This document shows positions 10,781 to 18,519 of a DNA stretch of 45,931 nucleotides, piece by piece; position 1 is the first letter of the stretch, and each line of letters opens with the position of its first letter. This stretch comes from Ilumatobacteraceae bacterium (GTDB lineage: Bacteria > Actinomycetota > Acidimicrobiia > Acidimicrobiales > Ilumatobacteraceae). Made by a program: the position numbers and the translations under genes. A model generated the notes under the pieces. The model was not told the DNA's origin. It worked only from the letters and a program-made list of their open reading frames with translations, and did no database searches. The DNA lies in the NCBI GenBank assembly GCA_046716325.1, contig JBKJXI010000009.1, forward strand, positions 1-45,931. The letters are read 5' to 3'.

Positions 10781-11599
10781 TCAGCCTTGCGTTAGCGCGC
10801 GCTCGGATGCAAGGTTGACCCGCGAGGCAAGATCGCGGCGATGCAGTACCCAGCACAGCAAGAAAAATATGAGTCCAGACCCGAAAGTGATCAGCATCGC
10901 CGGTTGTCGCTTGGCGCCTAGATCACGCAACATGTAGACGTATCGATGAGGTTTCGCTGTATCGATCACAGGTCGGGCAGGAGCCCTACCCGGTTCGGCT
11001 CTTTGGGCGATGAGGGGTGCAACTTCGACTATTGCATAGTGGGGTTTGTGAAAGAAGGCGAAGAAATCAAGTGAGTCATTGATCTTTGGCCAGCGTTCGC
11101 CGCCGCGATCGTAAACCGCAACGGACTCAAATTCGCCGGCGAGAAACTCTTTGGCTTCGACTAGCAGGATCTCATCGGACGAGGCGACGGCTTGCCCCCG
11201 TTGCGGATCTGCCTCGTCAAGCAAGTTCCAACCGTCGCGTTGCAGCGCTTCGGACGCAACTGATGCATCCGATAGAGGTTCGCCGGTCATCGTGATGGCT
11301 GATTCCACAAGGCCCACATTGGCGAACTCTGACGTGTCGCGGATGATTGTGATCGGACTCGCGGGTTTCCAGGAAGGATCCGGACCTTTAAGTCCGATGC
11401 CATATGTCCACCAAACACTTCCCATGATCAACATCCAGCCAAAAAAACCAGCCACCATAATGAGGACTCCGAGTCGAGCCCCCACATTCGTCCCGATAAC
11501 TAGATACGGACCTCCAACGAATACAACGACGGCTATGGCTATGACAACGATGCCGCGAATCTCTGGTTGCCAAGAGATTGCCAGGAGCGCCGAATGCAT
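10781..11599 (-). CDS. Membrane protein of unknown function, wedged between the dihaem cytochrome c gene and nuoA
   Basis: 272-aa ORF with two N-terminal TM segments, one C-terminal TM segment and an acidic soluble middle. 0-nt and 3-nt junctions with its neighbours. I recognise no motif. Confidence 0.6.
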   Translation of the reverse strand: MHSALLAISWQPEIRGIVVIAIAVVVFVGGPYLVIGTNVGARLGVLIMVAGFFGWMLIMGSVWWTYGIGLKGPDPSWKPASPITIIRDTSEFANVGLVESAITMTGEPLSDASVASEALQRDGWNLLDEADPQRGQAVASSDEILLVEAKEFLAGEFESVAVYDRGGERWPKINDSLDFFAFFHKPHYAIVEVAPLIAQRAEPGRAPARPVIDTAKPHRYVYMLRDLGAKRQPAMLITFGSGLIFFLLCWVLHRRDLASRVNLASERALTQG

Positions 11600-12664
11600 C
11601 TAAAGCCCCCGCACATAATCAACAATTGCCTGGATCTGTTCGTTGGTGAGCATCGCCCCAAATGCCGGCATCCGACCGCTGCCCTGCCCTTGCTCGCCGT
11701 ATCGCTTCCCCAGTTCACTTCCGTCTTGAATGAAAGCAATCATGTCCGATTGTTGCGGAAACTGGCGAACACTCGAGCCGCCCGTGAGGTTCGGCCCCAA
11801 TGCTCCGCCTCCGCTTATTTGCGGATCGCCATACGACCAACCCTTTGTGTGGCAGCGCGCACATGAAAAACTGCCGCTGCCGAGATCAAGATTGAATAGG
11901 GCTTCACCTACCGATGAATAGGTTCCATTTGCAACTAACCGCTCGGCTTCTGTTTGAATTGCGTCCTGCTGGGCCAGTGGTAGGTGGCCGCCTTCGCATA
12001 AGCGCGGGTCATCGTCCAGTTTGGCGCAATTTTCCCGCGGAATCTGAACACTTTGCACATACTCGATCAACGTCTGAACTTGTTGCTCGTTCAGTGGTCC
12101 GCCGCCGGCGAGTCCCCACGCAGACATCGGCGAAAAGGGTCGACCGTAGTCAAGAATGAATCGCACCTCTGACTCGCTGTAACGATAGAAAAGCGTATTT
12201 AGGGCCGGCGCCTTCCAATTGACTGGCTTGACCTCGTTGGTATTTGAGTCGGTAATTGCGTAGGAAGCGACACCACCTAGACCATTCATTCCGCCGTGGC
12301 ATCCGGCGCAGTTGTAGCCACCCTCCGAAGTCGGTTCAAACAGGCCACGACCCCAGTTTTCGAATCGATGCTGAAAGTAAACGGTTGCACCGGCTTCGCG
12401 ATTTGGTTCGAGAATCCAGTACAACGGCAGGGCAATTGTGATCACGGCGAGAAACGCGATGCCGATCAACTGCGTGCGCTCGATCTTTTTGCCTTCGAGG
12501 ATGTCGTCGTCGTAATAGAGTTTGCGATTTGCGGCTAGGACAATCTCTGAACCGAGTTCGGCCCGGCCGCGGCGAACATTACTCACCAAATAGAAGAGCC
12601 AACCCAGCACCGAAACGACAAGTATGAACCACGCAACGCTCGTTGTAGTATCGGCAAACACCAT
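11600..12664 (-). CDS. Membrane-anchored dihaem c-type cytochrome (QcrC-like)
   Basis: Two CxxCH motifs (NCAGCHGG and SCARCHTKG) and an N-terminal TM segment. Adjacent to the Rieske gene. Confidence 0.85.
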   Translation of the reverse strand: MVFADTTTSVAWFILVVSVLGWLFYLVSNVRRGRAELGSEIVLAANRKLYYDDDILEGKKIERTQLIGIAFLAVITIALPLYWILEPNREAGATVYFQHRFENWGRGLFEPTSEGGYNCAGCHGGMNGLGGVASYAITDSNTNEVKPVNWKAPALNTLFYRYSESEVRFILDYGRPFSPMSAWGLAGGGPLNEQQVQTLIEYVQSVQIPRENCAKLDDDPRLCEGGHLPLAQQDAIQTEAERLVANGTYSSVGEALFNLDLGSGSFSCARCHTKGWSYGDPQISGGGALGPNLTGGSSVRQFPQQSDMIAFIQDGSELGKRYGEQGQGSGRMPAFGAMLTNEQIQAIVDYVRGL

Positions 12665-13521
12665 CAGTGCCCGCCTTTATCGTTCACACAGTGCGGCCCC
12701 TCGGCTTCTTGACCGGTGGTGTTGGTTCCAATCGCCGGACCGATGTACACCACGCTTGTGTCGATAACAAGGACATCATTGGCCAATGAGACGCCGAACC
12801 TGTCCATTCCCCGCGGCGCCGGGCCACCCTTTTTCTCGCCGACCCTGTTGTACTGCGAACCATGGCAAGGACACTCAAACCATTGTGAACTTTGACAGGT
12901 GGGTACCCGGCAACCGAGGTGCGGGCACTTTTGATACAAGGCGACGAGCCCAGCTTCCATGCCCACCAATACCGGGGGCTGCTGTCCATAGGTGACCTTG
13001 GCCTTTGGCAATGCCTCCGATGGATACTCGGTCACCCATGATCGGGCCTGCGGCACGTAGAGAAATCCCTTGTTGGCTCGGATCTCACCGATCACATCTT
13101 CGATCTTTCCAACCGTAATTTTAGATCCGAAACCACCCGACGCTCCGCGCCAGAGAAAGGCAAGAACGGCGGCGCCAAAACCCCCGAGGCTCGCGCTCAT
13201 CAATGTGACCGTCGCGCGGTTGAAAAATTGGCGACGCGTTACTCCCAGTGCTTCGACATCGGGAGGCGTCCACGGGACGACACTTGGCAACCGCTGCGGG
13301 ACGACGGCCACACTACGAGCGGCTACCGCGGCACGTTCTATGTCGCGACCGGTGGCTTCCGACTCTCCAAATTCGCTTCGATCCCGGCGGCGGGTTTCAC
13401 GCGAAAGTAAACCAACTCCGCGTGTTTCTGTTCGACGAGAGGCGGTAACGACAATGCCCAAGCCAAGCACGACGATCGCGGCGACGGCACTTACGATGAT
13501 GACGGTGGTAGAAGTTTCCAT
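12664..13521 (-). CDS. Rieske [2Fe-2S] subunit of a quinol:cytochrome c oxidoreductase
   Basis: CPHLGCRV...CPCHGSQY cluster-binding boxes. An internal twin-arginine motif (TRRQFFNR) precedes a TM segment. Confidence 0.9.
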   Translation of the reverse strand: METSTTVIIVSAVAAIVVLGLGIVVTASRRTETRGVGLLSRETRRRDRSEFGESEATGRDIERAAVAARSVAVVPQRLPSVVPWTPPDVEALGVTRRQFFNRATVTLMSASLGGFGAAVLAFLWRGASGGFGSKITVGKIEDVIGEIRANKGFLYVPQARSWVTEYPSEALPKAKVTYGQQPPVLVGMEAGLVALYQKCPHLGCRVPTCQSSQWFECPCHGSQYNRVGEKKGGPAPRGMDRFGVSLANDVLVIDTSVVYIGPAIGTNTTGQEAEGPHCVNDKGGH

Positions 13522-13533
13522 AATTGGTCCGAG

Positions 13534-14274
13534 TTAGAGGTCAAAAAAGATTCCGTCACGCCATGGGAACGTGAAGTTGAAGCCTGGTCCGCGAAAGAAG
13601 GACCCGATGATCACCAATATTGCCCAGAACATCAAAAAGACGGTGAACATACTGGTAATGAACTTGCGATCTTCCGGCTTGATTGACGGGTTTCGATCAA
13701 CAAACGGAGCGAGCATTAAACCGATGATGCCGACACCTGGAATTGTCACTCCTGCAATCATTGGATGAAACATGGTCAGCAATTCTTGAAGACCGAGGAA
13801 GTACCACGGCGCCTTTGACGGATTCGGCGTCTGGTTGAAGTTGGCCGCCTGTAGCAGCGGCGCATTGACAAACCAAGAAAAAATAAACAGGAACGCCGTG
13901 CACGCCAGGGAGGCAACAAATTCAATCGCCAATAGATGTGGCCATGTATGAACCTTGTCGATTGGAACGGCTTTGACATCTTGAATTGACCCGGACTTGA
14001 CCACCGTGAGCAAGCGCTGTGTGTGACCGCCGGGTCCAGTCCCTAGGGGACCAGGCGTTTGCGGATCCATACGAACCACCGTTGTCGGGCGGTCGGCCAC
14101 GGCTACTCCTCCGGCCGATCCACCCGCGTTCGCGGCCTTGCTTCGATCCAGTAAGTGTTGTGGAATCCTTGGATCGGTGGTGGACGCCTCGCTTGGTGTC
14201 TCGCCACTTGGAGCGGATGCCTTTTCGCGCGCCGCCTGAGCGCGCTTGAGCAGATGTTCCGGGATCTCAGTCAT
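13534..14274 (-). CDS. Cytochrome b C-terminal half / b6f subunit-IV-like protein with a ~110-aa N-terminal extension
   Basis: ATG at 14274-14272 overlaps the cyt b TGA (TGATG). The C-terminal 3-TM region carries the Qo-type motif KAPWYFLGLQELL. The ORF-track call (to 14379) overlaps cyt b and was trimmed. Confidence 0.85.
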   Translation of the reverse strand: MTEIPEHLLKRAQAAREKASAPSGETPSEASTTDPRIPQHLLDRSKAANAGGSAGGVAVADRPTTVVRMDPQTPGPLGTGPGGHTQRLLTVVKSGSIQDVKAVPIDKVHTWPHLLAIEFVASLACTAFLFIFSWFVNAPLLQAANFNQTPNPSKAPWYFLGLQELLTMFHPMIAGVTIPGVGIIGLMLAPFVDRNPSIKPEDRKFITSMFTVFLMFWAILVIIGSFFRGPGFNFTFPWRDGIFFDL

Positions 14275-15059
14275 CAGAGTGGCCCTGAGATTCCGCCGTC
14301 CTTGCGGACCCGCCAGAAGTGAATCGCAAGAAAGATCACGGTAATGAATGGAAACAACAACACATGTAGGACGTACCACCGTAGGAGCGTTTCGGCGCCA
14401 ATCTCAGTACCGCCAAGCAAGACGAATCGCACCTGCGAACCAATCACCGGCGAATATCCGATCATGTTTGTGCCGACGGTAACGGCCCACAAGGCTAACT
14501 GATCCCACGGCAGCAGATATCCGGTAAATGAAAGCATCAATGTAAGAACAAGCAGAATCACACCAACTACCCAGTTGAATTCTCGGGGTGCCTTATATGC
14601 ACCGTGATAAAACACGCGCGCCATGTGCAGGAATACGCTAATCACCATTAAGTGGGCGCCCCATCGATGCATGTTGCGTACCATGAGACCGAAAGTCACC
14701 GAGGTCTGTAACGACTGAATGTCTTCCCAGGCGTTTGTCGCGGTGGGTCGATAAAAGAACATCAGGAAGATGCCGGTGACTGTCAGAAGAATAAAGAGAA
14801 AGAAACTAAGTCCTCCGAGACACAGCGTGTAGCTGACTTTCACAGCATGGCGCTTCACCTTCACCGGATGTAGGTGATACAGCACCGAATTCATGATCAC
14901 ATACGAGCGGTTTCGCGGAGAGTCGGTATATCCCTTGCGAAATATCGAACCGGGACGCATGATCGAGTTCCATGCTTGGCTCGACTGCATCGACTTGCCG
15001 AGCTTTGCGGCGCGTTCCTTTAGCGTAAGGCGAGGTACTTCGTCGACGATGCGGGCCAT
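14274..15059 (-). CDS. Cytochrome b6-type (N-terminal four-helix) cytochrome b
   Basis: Haem-ligand pairs HRWGAHLMVISVFLH (13-residue gap) and HVLLFPFITVIFLAIH (14-residue gap). The YTLCLGG cysteine lies at the b6 haem-ci position. Confidence 0.9.
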   Translation of the reverse strand: MARIVDEVPRLTLKERAAKLGKSMQSSQAWNSIMRPGSIFRKGYTDSPRNRSYVIMNSVLYHLHPVKVKRHAVKVSYTLCLGGLSFFLFILLTVTGIFLMFFYRPTATNAWEDIQSLQTSVTFGLMVRNMHRWGAHLMVISVFLHMARVFYHGAYKAPREFNWVVGVILLVLTLMLSFTGYLLPWDQLALWAVTVGTNMIGYSPVIGSQVRFVLLGGTEIGAETLLRWYVLHVLLFPFITVIFLAIHFWRVRKDGGISGPL

Positions 15060-15071
15060 GATTCGTTCTCC

Positions 15072-15485
15072 TTAGAAGCGCAGTCCGTAGGCATAGCCGT
15101 GGTTATCGGTGCGTAAGTGTAAATCGCCCGTCACCCCCGGGTCGCCAAGTTTGCCGAGAATGATGACGCCAGTTGGACAGCGGTCGACACAAAGCGCACA
15201 GCGAGTGCAAACGTCGTCATCGATGATAAAGAGAACTTTGTCCGAGGGATCCAGACCCGGCATTTCGGTTCCCTCTGCTTCGGCGATCGCACTTGGTGTC
15301 ACCATGTGGATGCACTTCCACGGGCAGATGTCAACACAGCCCTCACACATGATGCATTCGCTTTGATCGATGTGTATGAATTGCTTGGGTTTCACCGCCT
15401 TGGAGAGGTAGGCGTTGTCGACTTCGACGAGTTCATACTCGGATGACCACTCCGGCATCGGTGGATTTGCGTCGGTTTTCGTCAT
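15072..15485 (-). CDS. 2x[4Fe-4S] dicluster ferredoxin-like protein
   Basis: CIMCEGCVDICP and CTRCALCVDRCP motifs. ATG 15485 lies 5 nt after the upstream gene's stop. The longer ORF-track call (to 15731) overlaps that gene. Confidence 0.8.
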   Translation of the reverse strand: MTKTDANPPMPEWSSEYELVEVDNAYLSKAVKPKQFIHIDQSECIMCEGCVDICPWKCIHMVTPSAIAEAEGTEMPGLDPSDKVLFIIDDDVCTRCALCVDRCPTGVIILGKLGDPGVTGDLHLRTDNHGYAYGLRF

Positions 15486-15490
15486 GGCCG

Positions 15491-15967
15491 TTAGGTCGTC
15501 TTTACCAGAGGACGACCGTATGTTGAGGTCTCGATTTCTTTTGGCTTGACCGCTCCGCGCTTTTGCCACCACGAAAAGAGATAGATCATTGCCCCAATGT
15601 TGACCGCGTGGATTCCGACCACAACGATGTCCCGAATCGCTTCGTAACTGATGGTGAATGGGAATGGCCCATTGAGAGCCTTTGGTTTCAAAATGCCAAA
15701 TGGACCCAACACGATTTTGTCCCGCCGCCAACCGAGATCTTTATCGGCATGATCGATGAACTGATGCGGCACCACGCCAAATGCGAGAAATAACACAGCG
15801 AAGATAAACATCCCGCCGACCATCGCTTCACCCCATGTCACCTTTCGATCTATCGGCCGACGCTTGCCAATCGGCACGACAAGAAGAGCCAAACCGGCGG
15901 TAAGTAGGACAGAAAAAATGAACGATTGGTTCATTCCCGGCCACTTCAGAATGTCGATCGCCAGCAT
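15491..15967 (-). CDS. Small integral membrane protein (3 predicted TM segments), first gene of the respiratory cluster
   Basis: 158-aa ORF with hydrophobic segments SFIFSVLLTAGLALLVVPI, MVGGMFIFAVLFLAFGVVP and IVVVGIHAVNIGAMIYLFSWW. Tightly linked to the ferredoxin gene. No recognised family. Confidence 0.55.
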   Translation of the reverse strand: MLAIDILKWPGMNQSFIFSVLLTAGLALLVVPIGKRRPIDRKVTWGEAMVGGMFIFAVLFLAFGVVPHQFIDHADKDLGWRRDKIVLGPFGILKPKALNGPFPFTISYEAIRDIVVVGIHAVNIGAMIYLFSWWQKRGAVKPKEIETSTYGRPLVKTT

Positions 15968-16141
15968 CGGTCGCAGGGGTACCTTTCTTCGTTAAATCCC
16001 TTATAACCCTAGTCCGAATGGGTGCGCTGTGGCGAAAGAACCGAGCATGTGCATTCGTGCAAACATGTGACGTTGCGCACGCAATTGGGATTGAAATGTC
16101 ACCGCCGAACTCGTGCACCTAGTCGTGCATACGCAACCGTA

Positions 16142-16169
16142 CTCATGCAACCTTGCTCATGCAACCTTG
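16142..16169. repeat. Perfect tandem duplication of the 14-mer CTCATGCAACCTTG in the divergent intergenic region
   Basis: Read directly: 16142-16155 equals 16156-16169. A degenerate third copy (GTGCATACGCAACCGTA) lies just upstream. Confidence 0.9.
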
Positions 16170-16247
16170 GTCACCCGCCTATCGTGTCTATTCTTATAGA
16201 AGTTCATTCAGCAAACGGCAATCGGTCCAATTCCAAAAAGGATTCTC

Positions 16248-17111
16248 GTGACAGAAATTCCAGAACACCTTCTAAAACGCGCCAAAGAGCGCCGAGAAGC
16301 ATTGGGTGGTTCTGAATCTGCCCCAGCGTCGCAAGTTGCCGCGACACCGGAAGTCCCTGCTTCGGATGGGGGTATCCAACCCGCGCCAAGCGCAGTGGTT
16401 GCCAACAAGCCAACGACCCCCGCTGTTCCGGTTGTTGCTGCACCACCGCCCCCCGACCCGGCCTATGTCGTCGCAGCCAAATCTCGAAAGAAGATTCCAT
16501 TTTGGGCGATGGCCACGCTCAGTTTGCTTCCGCTGTGGGCATTTGTTTATTTACTTGCGTTGCGACCTCAGGAGAAAACGGTAGAGGGTCCGTTGGCCGT
16601 TGGCGCCGGTTTATACAGCTCGTGCGCAGGCTGTCATGGAGCCGAAGGTCAAGGTGGCGCGGGCCGAGTGCTGAACCAAGGTGAAGTGTTGAAGACCTTT
16701 CCCAAGATCGAAGACATGCTTAACTTCGTTTACACCGGAAGCCAAGCATTCGCGACTCAAGGTCTTGCGATCTACGGAAATCCTGATCGAGACGGCGGGG
16801 CACACGCGCCGCTGTCATTCAACGGGAACCCGATGCCTCAACAAGGTCTAAGAGTCGGCGGTGGTCTCACCGACGCACAAATTCTTGCCGTGGTGTGCCA
16901 CGAGCGCTACACAATCGGTGGCGCGGATCCAACAAGTACCGAATGGTCGAACGAATACGACAGCTGGTGTACACCAACTTCCGAGATTTATGCGGGACTA
17001 GTTGCTGGGACGACAAATTTCGACACTCTTGCCGAGACCTTCAAGGACCTACCTGATCCGCCTGCGGCAGTTGGAACGACTCCACGCCCTTCCGCAAGCC
17101 AGCGAACTTAG
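16248..17111 (+). CDS. Membrane-anchored monohaem class-I c-type cytochrome
   Basis: GTG start. One CxxCH motif (SCAGCHGAEG), one TM segment (IPFWAMATLSLLPLWAFVYLLAL) and a Pro/Ala-rich linker. Confidence 0.85.
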   Translation: MTEIPEHLLKRAKERREALGGSESAPASQVAATPEVPASDGGIQPAPSAVVANKPTTPAVPVVAAPPPPDPAYVVAAKSRKKIPFWAMATLSLLPLWAFVYLLALRPQEKTVEGPLAVGAGLYSSCAGCHGAEGQGGAGRVLNQGEVLKTFPKIEDMLNFVYTGSQAFATQGLAIYGNPDRDGGAHAPLSFNGNPMPQQGLRVGGGLTDAQILAVVCHERYTIGGADPTSTEWSNEYDSWCTPTSEIYAGLVAGTTNFDTLAETFKDLPDPPAAVGTTPRPSASQRT

Positions 17112-17159
17112 GACCGCCAACGAACCTAAGATCGTAAGGTACAACCGTACGCTGAGTGC

Positions 17160-18422
17160 GTGTCAGCGTCGCGACAATCAATCGAAACGGAAGTGCTCGT
17201 CATCGGTGGTGGGCCGGCGGGAGCGGCCGTTGGATATTGGCTGGCGAAATTGGGTCATCAACCGATAATCGTCGAACGCAAACATTTCCCACGAGAGAAG
17301 ACATGTGGAGATGGGTTGACTCCGCGAGCCGTGAAACAGATCGATGACATGGGACTCGGTGATCAGCTGAAACAGTTTCATCGGTACGAAGGTCTACGCG
17401 CCACCGCACACGGCAGGGAACTTGAACTGCGCTGGCCGAGTCATCCGGTCTATCCGCAACATGGCTATGTGGTCCGACGAAGAGAGCTTGACTCGATGGT
17501 CGCCTTCAATGCCCAGAGTGTCGGAGCAACACTATTGCAGGGTCACGAGGCGATCTCACCGATAATCGAACAGGACAAGGTAGCTGGAGCGGTGGTCACC
17601 GATCATGATTCCAACGAGTCTCTTGAGATTCGCGCCGAATATATTGTGATCGCCGACGGCGCCAATAGCCGTTTTGGTCGTGCGCTTGGAACCTCGCGCA
17701 CCAAAGCCTGGCCGTATGGCACCGCGATACGCACCTATTGGGAAAGCCCTCGCCATGCCGAGCCATGGATCGAGTCAGCCCTTGATGTCAAGGACCGAAA
17801 TGGAAATTCGATGCCGGGATATGGATGGATTTTTCCGGTCGGCGACGGCACCATCAACATCGGGGTTGGACTTCTATCGACATTTAAGCAGTTTAAAAAC
17901 GTCAACACTTCGCACCTCCTTACCAGCTATGCGCACATGATTGCCGACCGCTGGGGAATCGACCCCGATCGACCCCAGTGCAAGGCAACCAGCGGAAAAA
18001 TACCGATGGGAGGTTCAGTCGGTCCCAAAGTCGGTCCGAATTTTCTCGTTGTCGGTGACGCCGCCGGAAGCGTCAACCCATTTAACGGCGAAGGAATCGA
18101 CTACGCCTACGAGACCGCACGGATGGCGAGCGAAGTCTTGCACGATGCCCTCGTGAGCGGTGACTCTTCGGTCCTGTCGCGCTATCAGCAACTAATCGAT
18201 GACGAATACGGTGATTACTTCAAGGTGGCTCGCCTCTTCGCCCGAGTCATCGGACGCCCGGTGCTGATGCGTGAACTTTCGCGGGTCGGTATTCACAGTC
18301 GAACCTTGATGGAGTGGGTATTGCGCATTATGGCCAATCTGCTCCGACCGGACGAGACTGGCCCGGCCGAGGCCGCATATAAAGCCGCGGCGGTCATTGT
18401 TCGACGGATGCCTAACGCGTAG
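17160..18422 (+). CDS. Geranylgeranyl-reductase-family FAD oxidoreductase (MenJ-like, possible menaquinone side-chain reductase)
   Basis: N-terminal VLVIGGGPAGAA dinucleotide fold, PREKTCGDGLTPRA and VVGDAAGSVNPFNGEGI. The MenJ assignment is by analogy only. Confidence 0.8.
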   Translation: MSASRQSIETEVLVIGGGPAGAAVGYWLAKLGHQPIIVERKHFPREKTCGDGLTPRAVKQIDDMGLGDQLKQFHRYEGLRATAHGRELELRWPSHPVYPQHGYVVRRRELDSMVAFNAQSVGATLLQGHEAISPIIEQDKVAGAVVTDHDSNESLEIRAEYIVIADGANSRFGRALGTSRTKAWPYGTAIRTYWESPRHAEPWIESALDVKDRNGNSMPGYGWIFPVGDGTINIGVGLLSTFKQFKNVNTSHLLTSYAHMIADRWGIDPDRPQCKATSGKIPMGGSVGPKVGPNFLVVGDAAGSVNPFNGEGIDYAYETARMASEVLHDALVSGDSSVLSRYQQLIDDEYGDYFKVARLFARVIGRPVLMRELSRVGIHSRTLMEWVLRIMANLLRPDETGPAEAAYKAAAVIVRRMPNA

Positions 18423-18449
18423 GGATGTCCCAGCCGACACATCAAATCT

Positions 18450-18478
18450 TTGTCAAGATAATTAGTTAGTGCTACGTT
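18450..18478 (+). promoter_or_regulatory. Candidate sigma-70-type promoter for the DoxX gene
   Basis: TTGTCA (18450-18455), a 17-nt spacer, then TACGTT (18473-18478, fitting TAnnnT), about 40 nt upstream of ATG 18520. Sequence match only. Confidence 0.35.
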
Positions 18479-18519
18479 CGGAATAGAACACAGTCTCATT
18501 CGTGCGAGAGGAACTCGGG

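Noticed and set aside
16061-16080. ATGTGACGTTGCGCACGC in the respiratory control region, considered as a Rex box.
   Set aside because: It matches only about 8 of 14 consensus positions and is not a good palindrome.
17107-17130. The inverted repeat CTTAGG-N12-CCTAAG spanning the monohaem cytochrome c stop codon, considered as a terminator.
   Set aside because: The stem is only 6 bp and AT-rich, the loop is 12 nt, and there is no T tract. The next gene starts 30 nt later on the same strand.
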